DNA of 64,000 bases from Bacteroidales bacterium (GCA_024413595.1 JAKSUC010000001.1:2073-66072), one strand, 5' to 3'. Numbered from the stretch's first letter, positions 17,605 to 27,822 are shown. The notes: generated from the sequence alone by a model not told the origin. Numbers and translations: made by a program.

Positions 17605-18477
17605 TTAATCTTCTAATTTATAGTTAGTTATATAATCATTGCACATAGAATTATAATTATTAATTATAGTTCTAACAATTTTATTATTAGCATCATAATT
17701 TATATCATTAATTTTTTTGATGGGACAAATTCCACGTGGAGTGTCACTAATAAAAGCTGCTTGATAATTATGTAATTCGTCAATTTTAATATCTTTTTCG
17801 ATGATATTAAGATTAAAATTTTTGCAAATTTCACGAATATTTTGTCCAACAATACCAGGAAGAACAAAATCATGTTTAGGAGTAAAAACAATATTATCTT
17901 TGATAGCAAAAAAATTACTTCTACTTCCTTCTGTAATAAACCCTTTATTATTAAGCAATAGCGCTTCAGTAATATTATTATCAGCAATAAATTTATCAGC
18001 TTTTTTTCTAAGATTAGAATTAAAAATTTTAACTTGAGGATTATCCCTTTCAGCTTCCATAGTCATGGTATTTATACCTGTAATATATTCATTATCAGTA
18101 GGTAAAACAACATTTAAAAAGTAAAGCAGAAAATAATTTTTGGGATTTCCATCAAAATTGTTGTTAAAAGAAAAAACAATTTTTACAGCTCCATTATTAC
18201 AATTATTAATATCCGTTAATTTGTTGATTAATAATTTAATATATTTAGAATTAGAAACATTACCAATATTTTGAATATAAAAATCAGAACAATCAACTTT
18301 TTTAAGAGTATTTTCAATTCTGTTGTAATATTTTTCAAAAAAAATAGGCACTTTGTTTTTTACATTAAAAACATCATAAACCGACACACCAAAATCTAAA
18401 ATACCATTAGGAAAATCATTAGTTTGTTTAATACAATCATTAAAAAAATAAAGATTTTCGGCACATTCGTTTTTCAT
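17605..18477 (-). CDS. PLP-dependent class IV aminotransferase-fold protein (aminodeoxychorismate lyase / BCAT-like)
   Basis: The C-terminal half matches the fold-type IV pattern: EALLLNNKGFITEGSRSNFFAIKDNIVFTP..VLPGIVGQNI...AFISDTPRGICPI. Confidence 0.55.
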   Translation of the reverse strand: MKNECAENLYFFNDCIKQTNDFPNGILDFGVSVYDVFNVKNKVPIFFEKYYNRIENTLKKVDCSDFYIQNIGNVSNSKYIKLLINKLTDINNCNNGAVKIVFSFNNNFDGNPKNYFLLYFLNVVLPTDNEYITGINTMTMEAERDNPQVKIFNSNLRKKADKFIADNNITEALLLNNKGFITEGSRSNFFAIKDNIVFTPKHDFVLPGIVGQNIREICKNFNLNIIEKDIKIDELHNYQAAFISDTPRGICPIKKINDINYDANNKIVRTIINNYNSMCNDYITNYKLED

Positions 18478-18478
18478 A

Positions 18479-19006
18479 TTAAATATTATTATTAATTATT
18501 TTCATAAGATGTTCTTTAACAGCATTATAAATACCATCAAATTCAAAATTAGAACCTTTAGACCAATTACAAACTTTATCAAAAAGACAATCAGCAATAT
18601 CTTTTTCAATATTAGAAGCATTATTTTCGAGTAAAGTTAGAGCGTCAAAAGCCATTTCAAAATTATCGGTATTAAAAATAAAATCAATAATTATTTCAGC
18701 CTTATCCGAAAAATCTACATCACATTGCCATAAAGCAGTAATTAATTGTTTTTGAGAATATTTATTAGAATTATTAATCATAAAATCAAAAACAACATTA
18801 GCCGCATCTTTGTTTTTTAAATCACTAACAAAATTTAAAACAGCATCAGTAACAATTTGACCTTTACCACTATCAATCAAATTTAGAACATTAGGTAAAA
18901 CATCAATATCACCATTAGATCTAAAAAAATCAAGAGTTTTTAACAAAAGTTCGTCAGATTCAGACGCTAATTTTGATAAAAAAAGTTTTTTTTCTGCACT
19001 ATTCAT
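18479..19006 (-). CDS. hypothetical protein (all-helical, HEAT-like by eye)
   Basis: 175-aa ORF, 1 nt upstream of the aminotransferase-fold gene. No motif recognised. Confidence 0.5.
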   Translation of the reverse strand: MNSAEKKLFLSKLASESDELLLKTLDFFRSNGDIDVLPNVLNLIDSGKGQIVTDAVLNFVSDLKNKDAANVVFDFMINNSNKYSQKQLITALWQCDVDFSDKAEIIIDFIFNTDNFEMAFDALTLLENNASNIEKDIADCLFDKVCNWSKGSNFEFDGIYNAVKEHLMKIINNNI

Positions 19007-19094
19007 TTACAATTTCAATAATAATATGACGTTAAATAAAAAACAAAAATAAAAAAAATATTTATGAAAAATTGAAATTGATAAGATAAAATAT

Positions 19095-19102
19095 TATCTT
19101 TG
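19095..19102 (+). promoter_or_regulatory. -7 promoter box (TATCTTTG)
   Basis: Matches TAnnTTTG, 50 nt upstream of the ATG at 19152. Confidence 0.3.
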
Positions 19103-19151
19103 TAATTAATGAAAATAACGTTCATAACAACAAAAATAAAAAATTATTTGC

Positions 19152-20000
19152 ATGAAAAATAAACAATTAATACCATTATTATTACTATTAATTATGATAG
19201 TAAGTTGTGAAAGAACCAACACTACAAATAAAGAAGAACATCCATTTCATAAACGAGAAAACACCACAAGTACAAATATGTCTATGAATTATTATGGATT
19301 GCCGTCCCCTATGGAAATAGCCTATGCAATAAGTACAACAGGCGCAGAATATGATCAAGAATTATTACATAATCCATCTATGTCAAGTAGATACACAACC
19401 AATAGAGCTATGGCATTAAATTTAGGAATATATGGAGCCGATTTGTGTTATTCAATATATTTTGATCAACAGCAAGTTGCTATGCAATATATGGGTTGCG
19501 TAAAAAGTTTAGCATCAGATTTAGACATTTCTAATATATTATCAGATAGTACATTGCGAAAAATTGAAGATAACATACAAAATAAAGAAATGTTAAAAAA
19601 ATATGTTTCTGAAACGTTTTTTCACTCTGATGCGTTTCTCAAAGAAAGTAATAGAAGTGAAACAGCGTCTATTATGATGTTAGGAATGTGGATTGAAAGT
19701 TTATATATTTCAACAAAACTAACCAAAGGAGACGTTAAAAACAATGAAGCATTGTCACAACGTATAATGGAACAAGGACTTGTTTTAGATAATATAAAAG
19801 GATTACTAAAAAAATATTCAAGTTCAGACATAGATAGCATACGTGTAGGTATAGAAACATTGCGAAACAATTATCTAGAAGCAGGATATAAATCAGATGA
19901 TTCATTAATCGTTAAAATAACAATACCAGACTATGATAAATTCAATGTAATATGTCAAACTGTTGATTCATTACGAAATGAATATATTGATTTATTTTAA
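19152..20000 (+). CDS. hypothetical lipoprotein
   Basis: Lipobox-like LLLIMIVSC at the N-terminus. 282 aa. No family recognised. Confidence 0.55.
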   Translation: MKNKQLIPLLLLLIMIVSCERTNTTNKEEHPFHKRENTTSTNMSMNYYGLPSPMEIAYAISTTGAEYDQELLHNPSMSSRYTTNRAMALNLGIYGADLCYSIYFDQQQVAMQYMGCVKSLASDLDISNILSDSTLRKIEDNIQNKEMLKKYVSETFFHSDAFLKESNRSETASIMMLGMWIESLYISTKLTKGDVKNNEALSQRIMEQGLVLDNIKGLLKKYSSSDIDSIRVGIETLRNNYLEAGYKSDDSLIVKITIPDYDKFNVICQTVDSLRNEYIDLF

Positions 20001-20030
20001 TATGTATAATAGTAAATAACATACTTTAAA

Positions 20031-20504
20031 ATGAAGAAAATAATAGCTTTAGTAATAATGACCATCTATACAAATATTTGTGTAATGGGACAATGTCGCG
20101 AATATATCGAATCTATTGCCGAATCAGAGCTAGAGCCATATATATTGGACGGAAATTTTTTATCACCTATTGTTAGTGAAGGTGAAGTTGTTACATATAC
20201 TCGTACTTTCTTAGAAGGACAAAGTTACAAACTTGATGTATGTGGAATGGATATGTTTTTTAAAGAAATTACGATTACTGAAGGTAAAACAGAAATATTT
20301 AAAAATTTTGGTAAAGGTACTGATGATAAATTTGTTACATTAGAAGATGGTACTATGTTGCCATTAAATGGAATAAATTTTTATGAATTTACACCAGATC
20401 ACACCATGAACCTAAAAATTAAAGTAAAGATTGTTCCTTTTGATGGAGGATCTTCGTTTAAGTTGGAGGGATGTTTAGGTATTTTAGTGGGATTTAAGAA
20501 ATAA
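20031..20504 (+). CDS. hypothetical secreted protein
   Basis: N-terminal hydrophobic signal. 157 aa and beta-rich. No family recognised. Confidence 0.5.
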   Translation: MKKIIALVIMTIYTNICVMGQCREYIESIAESELEPYILDGNFLSPIVSEGEVVTYTRTFLEGQSYKLDVCGMDMFFKEITITEGKTEIFKNFGKGTDDKFVTLEDGTMLPLNGINFYEFTPDHTMNLKIKVKIVPFDGGSSFKLEGCLGILVGFKK

Positions 20505-20735
20505 TTGTAAAATATAATTTTATTTTTGTTTTCAAAATAAAATTGTGTGACGATTATTAATCATTTTTTTTATTGTATCACTTGGTGATAAAAAACAAGT
20601 TACGTAAAAAAAATAAATTCAAAAAAAATATTTGATATAATATTAAAAGTATCCAATAAATATAGATATTTGCATCAAAATATATAATATTAATTCAAAC
20701 AAAATTGATTATAAAAGATTAATTAATCAAAAATT

Positions 20736-21248
20736 ATGCTTAAAAACAATTATAAAATGGATTTTGAAAATACATCAAAAGTATTGGCTTATTGTGAGCC
20801 AAATACACATTATTCATTTGATTGCAAAAAAAAATCATACAGAAACAACGATGATGACGATGATGACTTTGCAGACGATATGGATGATGATTATACTGAT
20901 GATAAGTATGACGACGAATTAGATGAATTCGATGATCAATTTGATGAAGATATTGACATTGATGATTTTGTTGGCGACTTAGACGATATGTTAGACGAAG
21001 ATGGAAATTTTATTTCTTCAAAAAAATCATCTAAAAAGTCTAATAAAAAAACTTCTAAAAATTCTAAGGTTAAAGAAGAAGAACTTGAAAAAGAAGAAGA
21101 TGAAGATGATGATTTTTTTGATGATGATTTTGCAGATTTTCAAGATAATTTTCTTCCAAACGAATACGACGATGATATTTCTATAGATAAATATCTTGAC
21201 GATGAAGGAATGTCGGGTGGAAGTGGATATTATGATGATCAATATTAA
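20736..21248 (+). CDS. hyper-acidic low-complexity protein
   Basis: 170 aa dominated by D/E runs (DDDDDDFADDMDDDYTDDKYDDELDEFDDQFDEDIDIDDF), with one K/S-rich patch (SSKKSSKKSNKKTSKNSK). It has its own upstream region and a strong terminator. An alternative ATG lies 7 codons in. Confidence 0.5.
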   Translation: MLKNNYKMDFENTSKVLAYCEPNTHYSFDCKKKSYRNNDDDDDDFADDMDDDYTDDKYDDELDEFDDQFDEDIDIDDFVGDLDDMLDEDGNFISSKKSSKKSNKKTSKNSKVKEEELEKEEDEDDDFFDDDFADFQDNFLPNEYDDDISIDKYLDDEGMSGGSGYYDDQY

Positions 21249-21253
21249 CAAAT

Positions 21254-21287
21254 AAAAAAAGGCATCTATTTTAGATGCCTTTTTTTT
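21254..21287. terminator. bidirectional rho-independent terminator
   Basis: GGCATCTA (21261-21268) pairs with TAGATGCC (21272-21279). Flanked by an A-run and a T-run, between convergent genes. Confidence 0.75.
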
Positions 21288-21292
21288 ATTAG

Positions 21293-22918
21293 CTAAAAAG
21301 TTTTTATTCCTCCAGATAAGCATTCTTCATATAATTGCGGAGAATCAATTATTTTTAAAGCATTTATAAAAATAGGATCTTCATTATTTAGTAAAATAAA
21401 ATATTCGTTGTTTGAAAACAAATATTTTGCTATTGAGGCTTTAATAATTAATTTAGATTTATTGATATCAGTATAGAGACAATTTTCAATTTCTTTTGGA
21501 GAATATTTGGATTTTAATTTAGAATTTAGAAGCATAGATTTATAAAGTTCTGCAACTAAATTATCATTGATAACAAATTCTTTATTATATAGTTTAAAAT
21601 TGTTATAATATTTTTTTAAAGAAGATTTGTTATTATAAATGTAAGTAACAGCAAAATCGTCAAATATTTGTTGAGAAATACATTCAAGAATAATATTTTT
21701 TATATTGATATTTTGAAGAGGAATAAAAACATCAGGAGTGATTCCACCTAATGAATATATTTTTCGATGTCGAATTATTGTATAGAAAACATCATTGTTA
21801 TGAGGTTTTATACTATCAGCACAAACTAATTCACCAGTAAAATTTCTATTATTAATCTCGTCAAAATATTTGTCAAAATTTCCTGGAGTATAAGGTTTTT
21901 GAATACAACGTCCCGAAGGTGTATAGTATTTTGCATTAGAAAGTCTAATTTGAGAACCATCAAAAAGATTGATTCTTTTTTGAATTAATCCTTTACCAAA
22001 ACTTCTTCGTCCAATAATAACACCGCGATCCCAATCTTGAATAGCTCCAGAAAATACTTCAGATGCAGATGCTGTATTTTCGTTAATCATAACAACAATT
22101 CTTGAATTAAAGTATTTTCCATTTTTTGTTGTAAAAAAATTGTGTGTGCTATCTTTTTCTCCAATAGTTTTTATAATAATATGGTTTTCGTCAAAAAATT
22201 CATCGCAAAGTTTAATAACGCTTTTTAGTAAACCTCCATTATTATTTCTAAGGTCAATAATAAAGTTTTTGATTTTTTTATCTTTTTTACAAATATTATT
22301 AAATTCAGTAATTGTTGTTTCTGAAAACCTTATAATTTTACAATAAAGAGTAGAGTCATTAGGTTTATAAGAGCAAATTATACTTGGATTAGGAACAGTA
22401 CTTGGTTTAATAATAATTTGCTTTGTTTTAGAATGATTGTCTCTTTCTATTGTAAAAATAATGTCAGAATTAGAATCAATAACAAGATAATTTTTGATTT
22501 CATTATAAGAAATATGTCTATTTGAAACATCATTATCATTTATAGAAATAACTTTATCACCTTGTTGTAAACCAGCTAATTGAGCAGGTCCACCTTCTGT
22601 TATAGACACAATAACCATAGTATCAGATATTAAAATATATCCAATACCCAATCCCATAGAATTACCTTCTAATAATTGGTCGTCTTTTAACGCTTCTTCT
22701 TTGGTTCTGTAAACTGAGTGTGGATCAAGATTATTAAACAAACTATTAATTGTTTCTTTAATAAGTTTTTCTTTTGAAATATTAGCAATATAATTGTCTG
22801 ATATTTCTGATAAAATTTGCTCTAATTTTATATATAATTGATCTTTTTGCTGTGCTTTAGATTGAATATTTGTAATAAAAATTATTGAAATTAATAGAAT
22901 TAATTTGAATTTTAACAT
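21293..22918 (-). CDS. S41-family C-terminal processing peptidase
   Basis: Signal peptide, PDZ-like segment (GLQQGDKVISINDNDV), and S41 core NENTASASEVFSGAIQDWDRGVIIGRRSFGKGLIQ. Confidence 0.8.
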   Translation of the reverse strand: MLKFKLILLISIIFITNIQSKAQQKDQLYIKLEQILSEISDNYIANISKEKLIKETINSLFNNLDPHSVYRTKEEALKDDQLLEGNSMGLGIGYILISDTMVIVSITEGGPAQLAGLQQGDKVISINDNDVSNRHISYNEIKNYLVIDSNSDIIFTIERDNHSKTKQIIIKPSTVPNPSIICSYKPNDSTLYCKIIRFSETTITEFNNICKKDKKIKNFIIDLRNNNGGLLKSVIKLCDEFFDENHIIIKTIGEKDSTHNFFTTKNGKYFNSRIVVMINENTASASEVFSGAIQDWDRGVIIGRRSFGKGLIQKRINLFDGSQIRLSNAKYYTPSGRCIQKPYTPGNFDKYFDEINNRNFTGELVCADSIKPHNNDVFYTIIRHRKIYSLGGITPDVFIPLQNINIKNIILECISQQIFDDFAVTYIYNNKSSLKKYYNNFKLYNKEFVINDNLVAELYKSMLLNSKLKSKYSPKEIENCLYTDINKSKLIIKASIAKYLFSNNEYFILLNNEDPIFINALKIIDSPQLYEECLSGGIKTF

Positions 22919-22924
22919 TTTATT

Positions 22925-23683
22925 TTAATTGATATTATTCATTATTTCAGTCATTGCATCACCTGCTTTTAAATCTATATATACATCTGTTATAGAATTA
23001 GTAAAAGCAGATTTTTGAGGATTTATTTCAATAATTTTAGCTCCATTATTGCTTGCAATTTGAGGAAGATATGCAGCAGGCATAACTTCACCTGTGGTAC
23101 CAATAATAATTATTAAATCGGTTTTTTGAATCAAATTTTGAGAATTTTTGTAGGCGTCGGAAGGAATACCTTCTTCAAAAAAAACAAAATTTGGTTTTAA
23201 AACACCCCCACAACTACAATGAGGTGGTAGCTGTTTTAAATCAACATATTTGCTTTCATATTTTTTGCCACATTGTATGCAAACCATACTGCTACAAGTG
23301 CCATGAAATTCAATAACATTTTTGCTACCCGCATCTTGATGAAGGTTGTCAATGTTTTGAGTTATAACGGCTTTGATTAGTCCCATTTTTTCAAGATTTG
23401 CTAAAGCAATATGAGCAGCATTAGGTTTTGCTTTCCCAAAAAAGTCGTAAAAAATTTCTTTAATTTTAATCCAAGCAGTAGCGGGATTATTATAAAAGCG
23501 GCTCAATGATAATATATTACTATCATATTTATTCCATAATCCACCTTCGCCTCTAAAAGAAGGAATACCACTTTCAACAGAAATACCAGCTCCTGTAAAA
23601 GCAATTGCTTGTTTTGAGTTTTTTATTAAATTAGCAGCTTGTTGTATATTTGCTTTTTGTTTTTCATTAATAATAATTTCCAT
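22925..23683 (-). CDS. cobB: NAD-dependent protein deacylase (sirtuin, CobB/Sir2 family)
   Basis: GAGISVESGIPSFRG, TQNIDNLH, catalytic HG, and a Zn-ribbon with cysteines CIQCG...CSCGG. 252 aa. Confidence 0.85.
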   Translation of the reverse strand: MEIIINEKQKANIQQAANLIKNSKQAIAFTGAGISVESGIPSFRGEGGLWNKYDSNILSLSRFYNNPATAWIKIKEIFYDFFGKAKPNAAHIALANLEKMGLIKAVITQNIDNLHQDAGSKNVIEFHGTCSSMVCIQCGKKYESKYVDLKQLPPHCSCGGVLKPNFVFFEEGIPSDAYKNSQNLIQKTDLIIIIGTTGEVMPAAYLPQIASNNGAKIIEINPQKSAFTNSITDVYIDLKAGDAMTEIMNNIN

Positions 23684-23695
23684 ATATAAAATAGA

Positions 23696-26035
23696 TTACA
23701 TTAGTTTTTCAATAACACTAAACAATTTGTTTTTTGAAAATGGTTTAGTAATAAAATCATTAAACCCAGCATCAATAGCAATTTGGCGATCGCTATTATA
23801 AGCGTATGCAGAAAGAGCTATTATTGGTGTAGATTTATCAAAAAGACGAATAGCTTTAACAGCTTCAATACCATCCATTTCTGGCATTTTTATGTCCATT
23901 AAAACAAGATCAAACCAATCGTTTTGCATTGCTTCTACAGCTTTTTGACCGTTGTTTACATGAATTACTTGATAATCATATAAAATATGTTTAACTAGTG
24001 TAGAATTACTTTCATTATCTTCTGCATATAATATTTTTAATGCTACATTAAGAATTTTATTTGTTTCTTTTTGTTCTATCAACGAAATATTTTCATTTTT
24101 TATATCTTTTGAAAATGATACTTCACATGGAATATGAACATTGAAAATTGTTCCATGGTCAATTTCTGATTCAATTTCTATTAAACCTTTTGATTTCTCA
24201 ACAATTGCTTTGCAAACCGAAAGTCCTAATCCTGCACCTTGAATAAATGGACTAATTTTTTCAAATCTTTGAAATACGCGTTTATAATTTTCTTTAGCAA
24301 TTCCAATACCTGTGTCTGAAACATAAATAATTATACCTTGTTTTTCTAATTTAAACCCCATTGTAACACGACCTTGTGGGGTAAATTTAAAAGCATTGTT
24401 TACTAAATTGTTTACTAATTGAGATAGTCTTTCCTTATCGTAATTTATTTCGCAATTATAGTATGGAATTTCGCAAATAAAATCTATATTATCAGGTTTA
24501 TTGAGACTTAAGGTTTTTTTAAGTTCTCTAAAATATTCAGAAATGTTAAATTTTTGATATTTAAGTTCTATTAATCCAGACTCAATTTTAGAAAAGTCAA
24601 CAATTTCGTCAACCAATTTAAGTAAAATTTCTGAATTAGTATTTATTATTTTATAATATTCTTGTTTTTGATTATCGTTAGCATCTATCATCAACGAAGA
24701 AAAACCAATTATTGCATTTAATGGTGTTCTTATTTCGTGACTCATATTTGCTAAAAAAGCTGATTTTAATTTATCACTTTTTTCGGCGTCTTCTTTGGCT
24801 ATTGCAAGTTCTTTACTTTGAATTTTTAGTTTGTTTGTATTTTGTTTGTTTTTTATTAAAAGTAATAAAATTACAAATGTTGCAACAATACCAATAATAC
24901 TAATAATAATAAGGAATCTATTATTCTTTTTGTATTCTTCAAGTTGAACATCAGAAGAGTCGATAATTTTATATCCTTGTGGTAAAATATTTTCGTGGAT
25001 ATCCATCTGTTTAAGAGCTTTGCTCCTAAATTTATAATCGTTGCTATTATATTTGTATGATTTTCCATTATCAGTTCCAGAATAAAATCTTTTAATGTCA
25101 TTAATTATAAATTTAGAATCTAATTCATAAGAAGGAACAAATCCTCCAATAGCAACATTTTCTATTCCAATACCTGAAATAGTGAAAACAGGAAGTTTTG
25201 GATTATCAGAAACTAAATATGGAATATCTCTTGTCATAAAATAGGTTCCTTTATTGTCAACAAGCCAAGACCCTAAAAGCAAAACAGCATCTTGTGGCAA
25301 TTCATTGATTTTTTGATGAATATCTTCAACAGAATATTTTCTTCCATCTAATAATATAGGTTCAAGATTTTTAAATTTTTCTTTCATTGTTTTTTTAAAA
25401 TTAGCTTGAAGAGAAACTCCACCATAAGTATTATCAGATAAAAATGCTATTTTTTTTACTTTAGGATAAATGCTTAAAATAAGTTTGATATTGGAAGAAA
25501 AATCATAATTGTTCATAACAGCCCCAGCGCGACCTTTAGAATCAGCATAAATTTTTGTGTCGATACTTAAAGGTTCCCATGTGGAATAATTTTCAACATA
25601 TTCTGGTATTATAACACCGTATGTACTAATATAATTTCCATAAAATGGAACTTCAGGTCTAGGTCCATTTAAACTAATATAAACAGCCCAAGCTTCTTGT
25701 CCTAATAAAATTATGGCTTTTAATTTAGATAAATCTTGTTTATCTAATATTTCGTGCATTTTTGAGTGCCAATTATTTATTTCGTTTAAAGCTCCGTAAC
25801 CTAATTTTTCAACTTTAACTCCAAATTCTAATCCAGATTGAGCTAGTGTTTCGTCTAAATCAGAAACAAAGTTTATTACTTTATTCGATTCTTGTGAATA
25901 TGACGTTAAAACCAACACATATCCATTTGAATAGCGAAGTTGTGCCAAAGCTGGTATAAATGTTAATACCGTGATTAATAGTAGCATTATTTTTTTTAAT
26001 AATGCACAATTTTTTATAGTGTTCAATTTTCGCAT
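23696..26035 (-). CDS. hybrid sensor histidine kinase / response regulator with periplasmic solute-binding-like sensor domain
   Basis: H-box SHEIRTPLN, N/G boxes (NLVNNAFKFTP, DTGIGI, GAGLGLS), and a C-terminal receiver (DLVLMDIKMPEMDG). The ORF track starts at TTG 26059. The first ATG at 26035 (MRKLNTIKN..) precedes the signal/TM segment. Confidence 0.85.
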   Translation of the reverse strand: MRKLNTIKNCALLKKIMLLLITVLTFIPALAQLRYSNGYVLVLTSYSQESNKVINFVSDLDETLAQSGLEFGVKVEKLGYGALNEINNWHSKMHEILDKQDLSKLKAIILLGQEAWAVYISLNGPRPEVPFYGNYISTYGVIIPEYVENYSTWEPLSIDTKIYADSKGRAGAVMNNYDFSSNIKLILSIYPKVKKIAFLSDNTYGGVSLQANFKKTMKEKFKNLEPILLDGRKYSVEDIHQKINELPQDAVLLLGSWLVDNKGTYFMTRDIPYLVSDNPKLPVFTISGIGIENVAIGGFVPSYELDSKFIINDIKRFYSGTDNGKSYKYNSNDYKFRSKALKQMDIHENILPQGYKIIDSSDVQLEEYKKNNRFLIIISIIGIVATFVILLLLIKNKQNTNKLKIQSKELAIAKEDAEKSDKLKSAFLANMSHEIRTPLNAIIGFSSLMIDANDNQKQEYYKIINTNSEILLKLVDEIVDFSKIESGLIELKYQKFNISEYFRELKKTLSLNKPDNIDFICEIPYYNCEINYDKERLSQLVNNLVNNAFKFTPQGRVTMGFKLEKQGIIIYVSDTGIGIAKENYKRVFQRFEKISPFIQGAGLGLSVCKAIVEKSKGLIEIESEIDHGTIFNVHIPCEVSFSKDIKNENISLIEQKETNKILNVALKILYAEDNESNSTLVKHILYDYQVIHVNNGQKAVEAMQNDWFDLVLMDIKMPEMDGIEAVKAIRLFDKSTPIIALSAYAYNSDRQIAIDAGFNDFITKPFSKNKLFSVIEKLM

Positions 26036-26197
26036 TATGTTTGAAATTTGGCTGTGCAAATATAATATCTATTTTTGGTTGTATATAGATTACTTTCTTT
26101 TTTTACGGAATTTTTAGCTTTTTTTCTTTTAAAAAGGTATGTTTTTTTTCTTTTTGGTGAAATATTTATAAAAAATATTGTTTAACATATTTTTTAT

Positions 26198-26205
26198 TAA
26201 TTTTG
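26198..26205 (+). promoter_or_regulatory. -7 promoter box (TAATTTTG) for map
   Basis: Matches TAnnTTTG, 34 nt upstream of the ATG at 26239. Confidence 0.4.
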
Positions 26206-26238
26206 CAATTTCAAAATAGAAGTTAAATTTCATCAAAA

Positions 26239-27096
26239 ATGCATCTGTTTAAGAAAAAAAATTGGGTGGTTCCAAAAGGTCAGGAACCTACTGAAATGGA
26301 TAGAAAAATATTATTTTATCAAAGTAAAGGACATCTTGTTCCTCGTCGTGGATTAATTCTTACGCCAGGACAAATTGATGGAATTAGAAAAAGTGGAGTT
26401 ATCAATACCGCTTGTTTAGATCTTGTTGCCGAAAATATTAAAGAAGGTATGACTACAAACGAAATTGATAAACTTGCTCATGATTTTATTGTAAAAAATG
26501 GAGCTATTCCTGCTTGTTTAGGTTATAATGGTTATCCAAAAAGTGTTTGTGTTTCTATAAACGAAGAGGTTTGTCATGGAATTCCAAGTGATGACATAGT
26601 TTTAGAAGAAGGTGATATTGTTAACGTTGATATAACAACAATTCTAAATGGCTATTATTCTGATGCTTCACGTATGTTTATTATTGGAAAAACATCTCCT
26701 GAAAAAGAAAAACTTGTTCGTGTTGCAAAAGAATGTCTTGAAGTAGGAATGAAAGCTGCCTTTCCTTATTGTTTTGTTGGTGATATTGGAAATGCTATTC
26801 AGCGTCATGCTCATGACAATGGATATACTGTTGTTCGTGATTTATGTGGTCATGGTGTTGGTTTAAAATTTCATGAAGATCCTGAAGTGGAACATTATGG
26901 TCGCAAAGGTACTGGTATGCTTTTAGTTCCAGGAATGGTTTTCACTATTGAACCTATGATTAATATGGGTGATTGGCGTGTTTTTATTGACGAAGATAAT
27001 GGTTGGACTGTGGTGTCGGACGATGAATTACCTTCTGCTCAATGGGAACATACTTTTGTTATGACTGATAATGGTTTAGAAATTTTAACTTATTAA
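26239..27096 (+). CDS. map: type I methionine aminopeptidase
   Basis: Metal-ligand context: CHGIPS, VDITTILNGYYSDASRMF, GHGVGLKFHEDP, TIEPMIN, SAQWEHT. Confidence 0.92.
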   Translation: MHLFKKKNWVVPKGQEPTEMDRKILFYQSKGHLVPRRGLILTPGQIDGIRKSGVINTACLDLVAENIKEGMTTNEIDKLAHDFIVKNGAIPACLGYNGYPKSVCVSINEEVCHGIPSDDIVLEEGDIVNVDITTILNGYYSDASRMFIIGKTSPEKEKLVRVAKECLEVGMKAAFPYCFVGDIGNAIQRHAHDNGYTVVRDLCGHGVGLKFHEDPEVEHYGRKGTGMLLVPGMVFTIEPMINMGDWRVFIDEDNGWTVVSDDELPSAQWEHTFVMTDNGLEILTY

Positions 27097-27117
27097 TTTA
27101 TAAATTGTTATTTTTTA

Positions 27118-27160
27118 ATCTCAAAAATTAAAACTTTTTTAATTTTTGAGATTTTTTATT
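27118..27160 (+). terminator. rho-independent terminator after map
   Basis: ATCTCAAAAATTAAAA pairs with TTTTAATTTTTGAGAT, followed by a T-run. Confidence 0.65.
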
Positions 27161-27164
27161 TTTG

Positions 27165-27695
27165 CTATTCGTTTTTCAATTCTTGTTTTTCTTTACTCAT
27201 AAGTGTGTATACAATTTTTTTACGCATCACAAAATTAAAGAAAAATACTATAATTTGAGCTATTAGATTGCTAATCAAATAATTAATACCAGTTTTTGTT
27301 AAAAAAACGGTAATTCCTGCATTTATACCAAGTCCAACAGCTCCAATCAATGTAAAAACAATAAATCTAGATATATTGTTACCTTTTTGTTTTTTATGAA
27401 AAACCCAAATTGTACTAAATATATAATTTGCTATTCCTGACAGCATAGAAGCTATTATAGTACAAATTGTTAAAACTAAATCAAATTCTTTATTAAAAAT
27501 AGTTACATTATATTGGTTTTGGTTCATAATAAGATCATAGCAAATCCAAAGCAACATTAAATTAATTGCAATTCTTGAACCTTCAACAATAGCGTTTCTT
27601 ATTAATTGAATAGTATTATTTGTGGTTTTTCCAATAAATAATTCTTTTAATGTGAATTTTTTATTAGGGGTTAAATCTTTATTTCCTTCTTCCAT
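27165..27695 (-). CDS. GtrA-like membrane protein
   Basis: 176 aa with four hydrophobic helices. A W-V-F-HKK motif follows helix 2, and the second half is RFIVFTLIGAVGLGIN...FNFVMRKKIVY, as in GtrA family proteins. Confidence 0.5.
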   Translation of the reverse strand: MEEGNKDLTPNKKFTLKELFIGKTTNNTIQLIRNAIVEGSRIAINLMLLWICYDLIMNQNQYNVTIFNKEFDLVLTICTIIASMLSGIANYIFSTIWVFHKKQKGNNISRFIVFTLIGAVGLGINAGITVFLTKTGINYLISNLIAQIIVFFFNFVMRKKIVYTLMSKEKQELKNE

Positions 27696-27783
27696 TTTTA
27701 TATATATTTTTTATAGATAATTATTAAGTGAGTAGTAAGAATAATTAATAAATTATTTTGTATGATATAAGAAATTGCAAAAT

Positions 27784-27815
27784 AAAAAAAGAACTTGCTA
27801 TATTTTAGCAAGTTC
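27784..27815 (-). terminator. terminator downstream of tRNA-Arg(CCT)
   Basis: GAACTTGCTA (27791-27800) pairs with TAGCAAGTTC (27806-27815). The A-run at 27784-27790 is a T-run on the minus strand. Confidence 0.6.
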
Positions 27816-27822
27816 ATAAATG

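Noticed and set aside
22925-23683. Sir2-domain protein as a defence-associated SIR2 effector
   Set aside because: It has all the hallmarks of a canonical 250-aa sirtuin deacylase (GAGIS..GIP.FRG, TQNID.LH, Zn-ribbon CxxC...CxCG). It has no fused sensor or effector domain and no defence-type neighbours.
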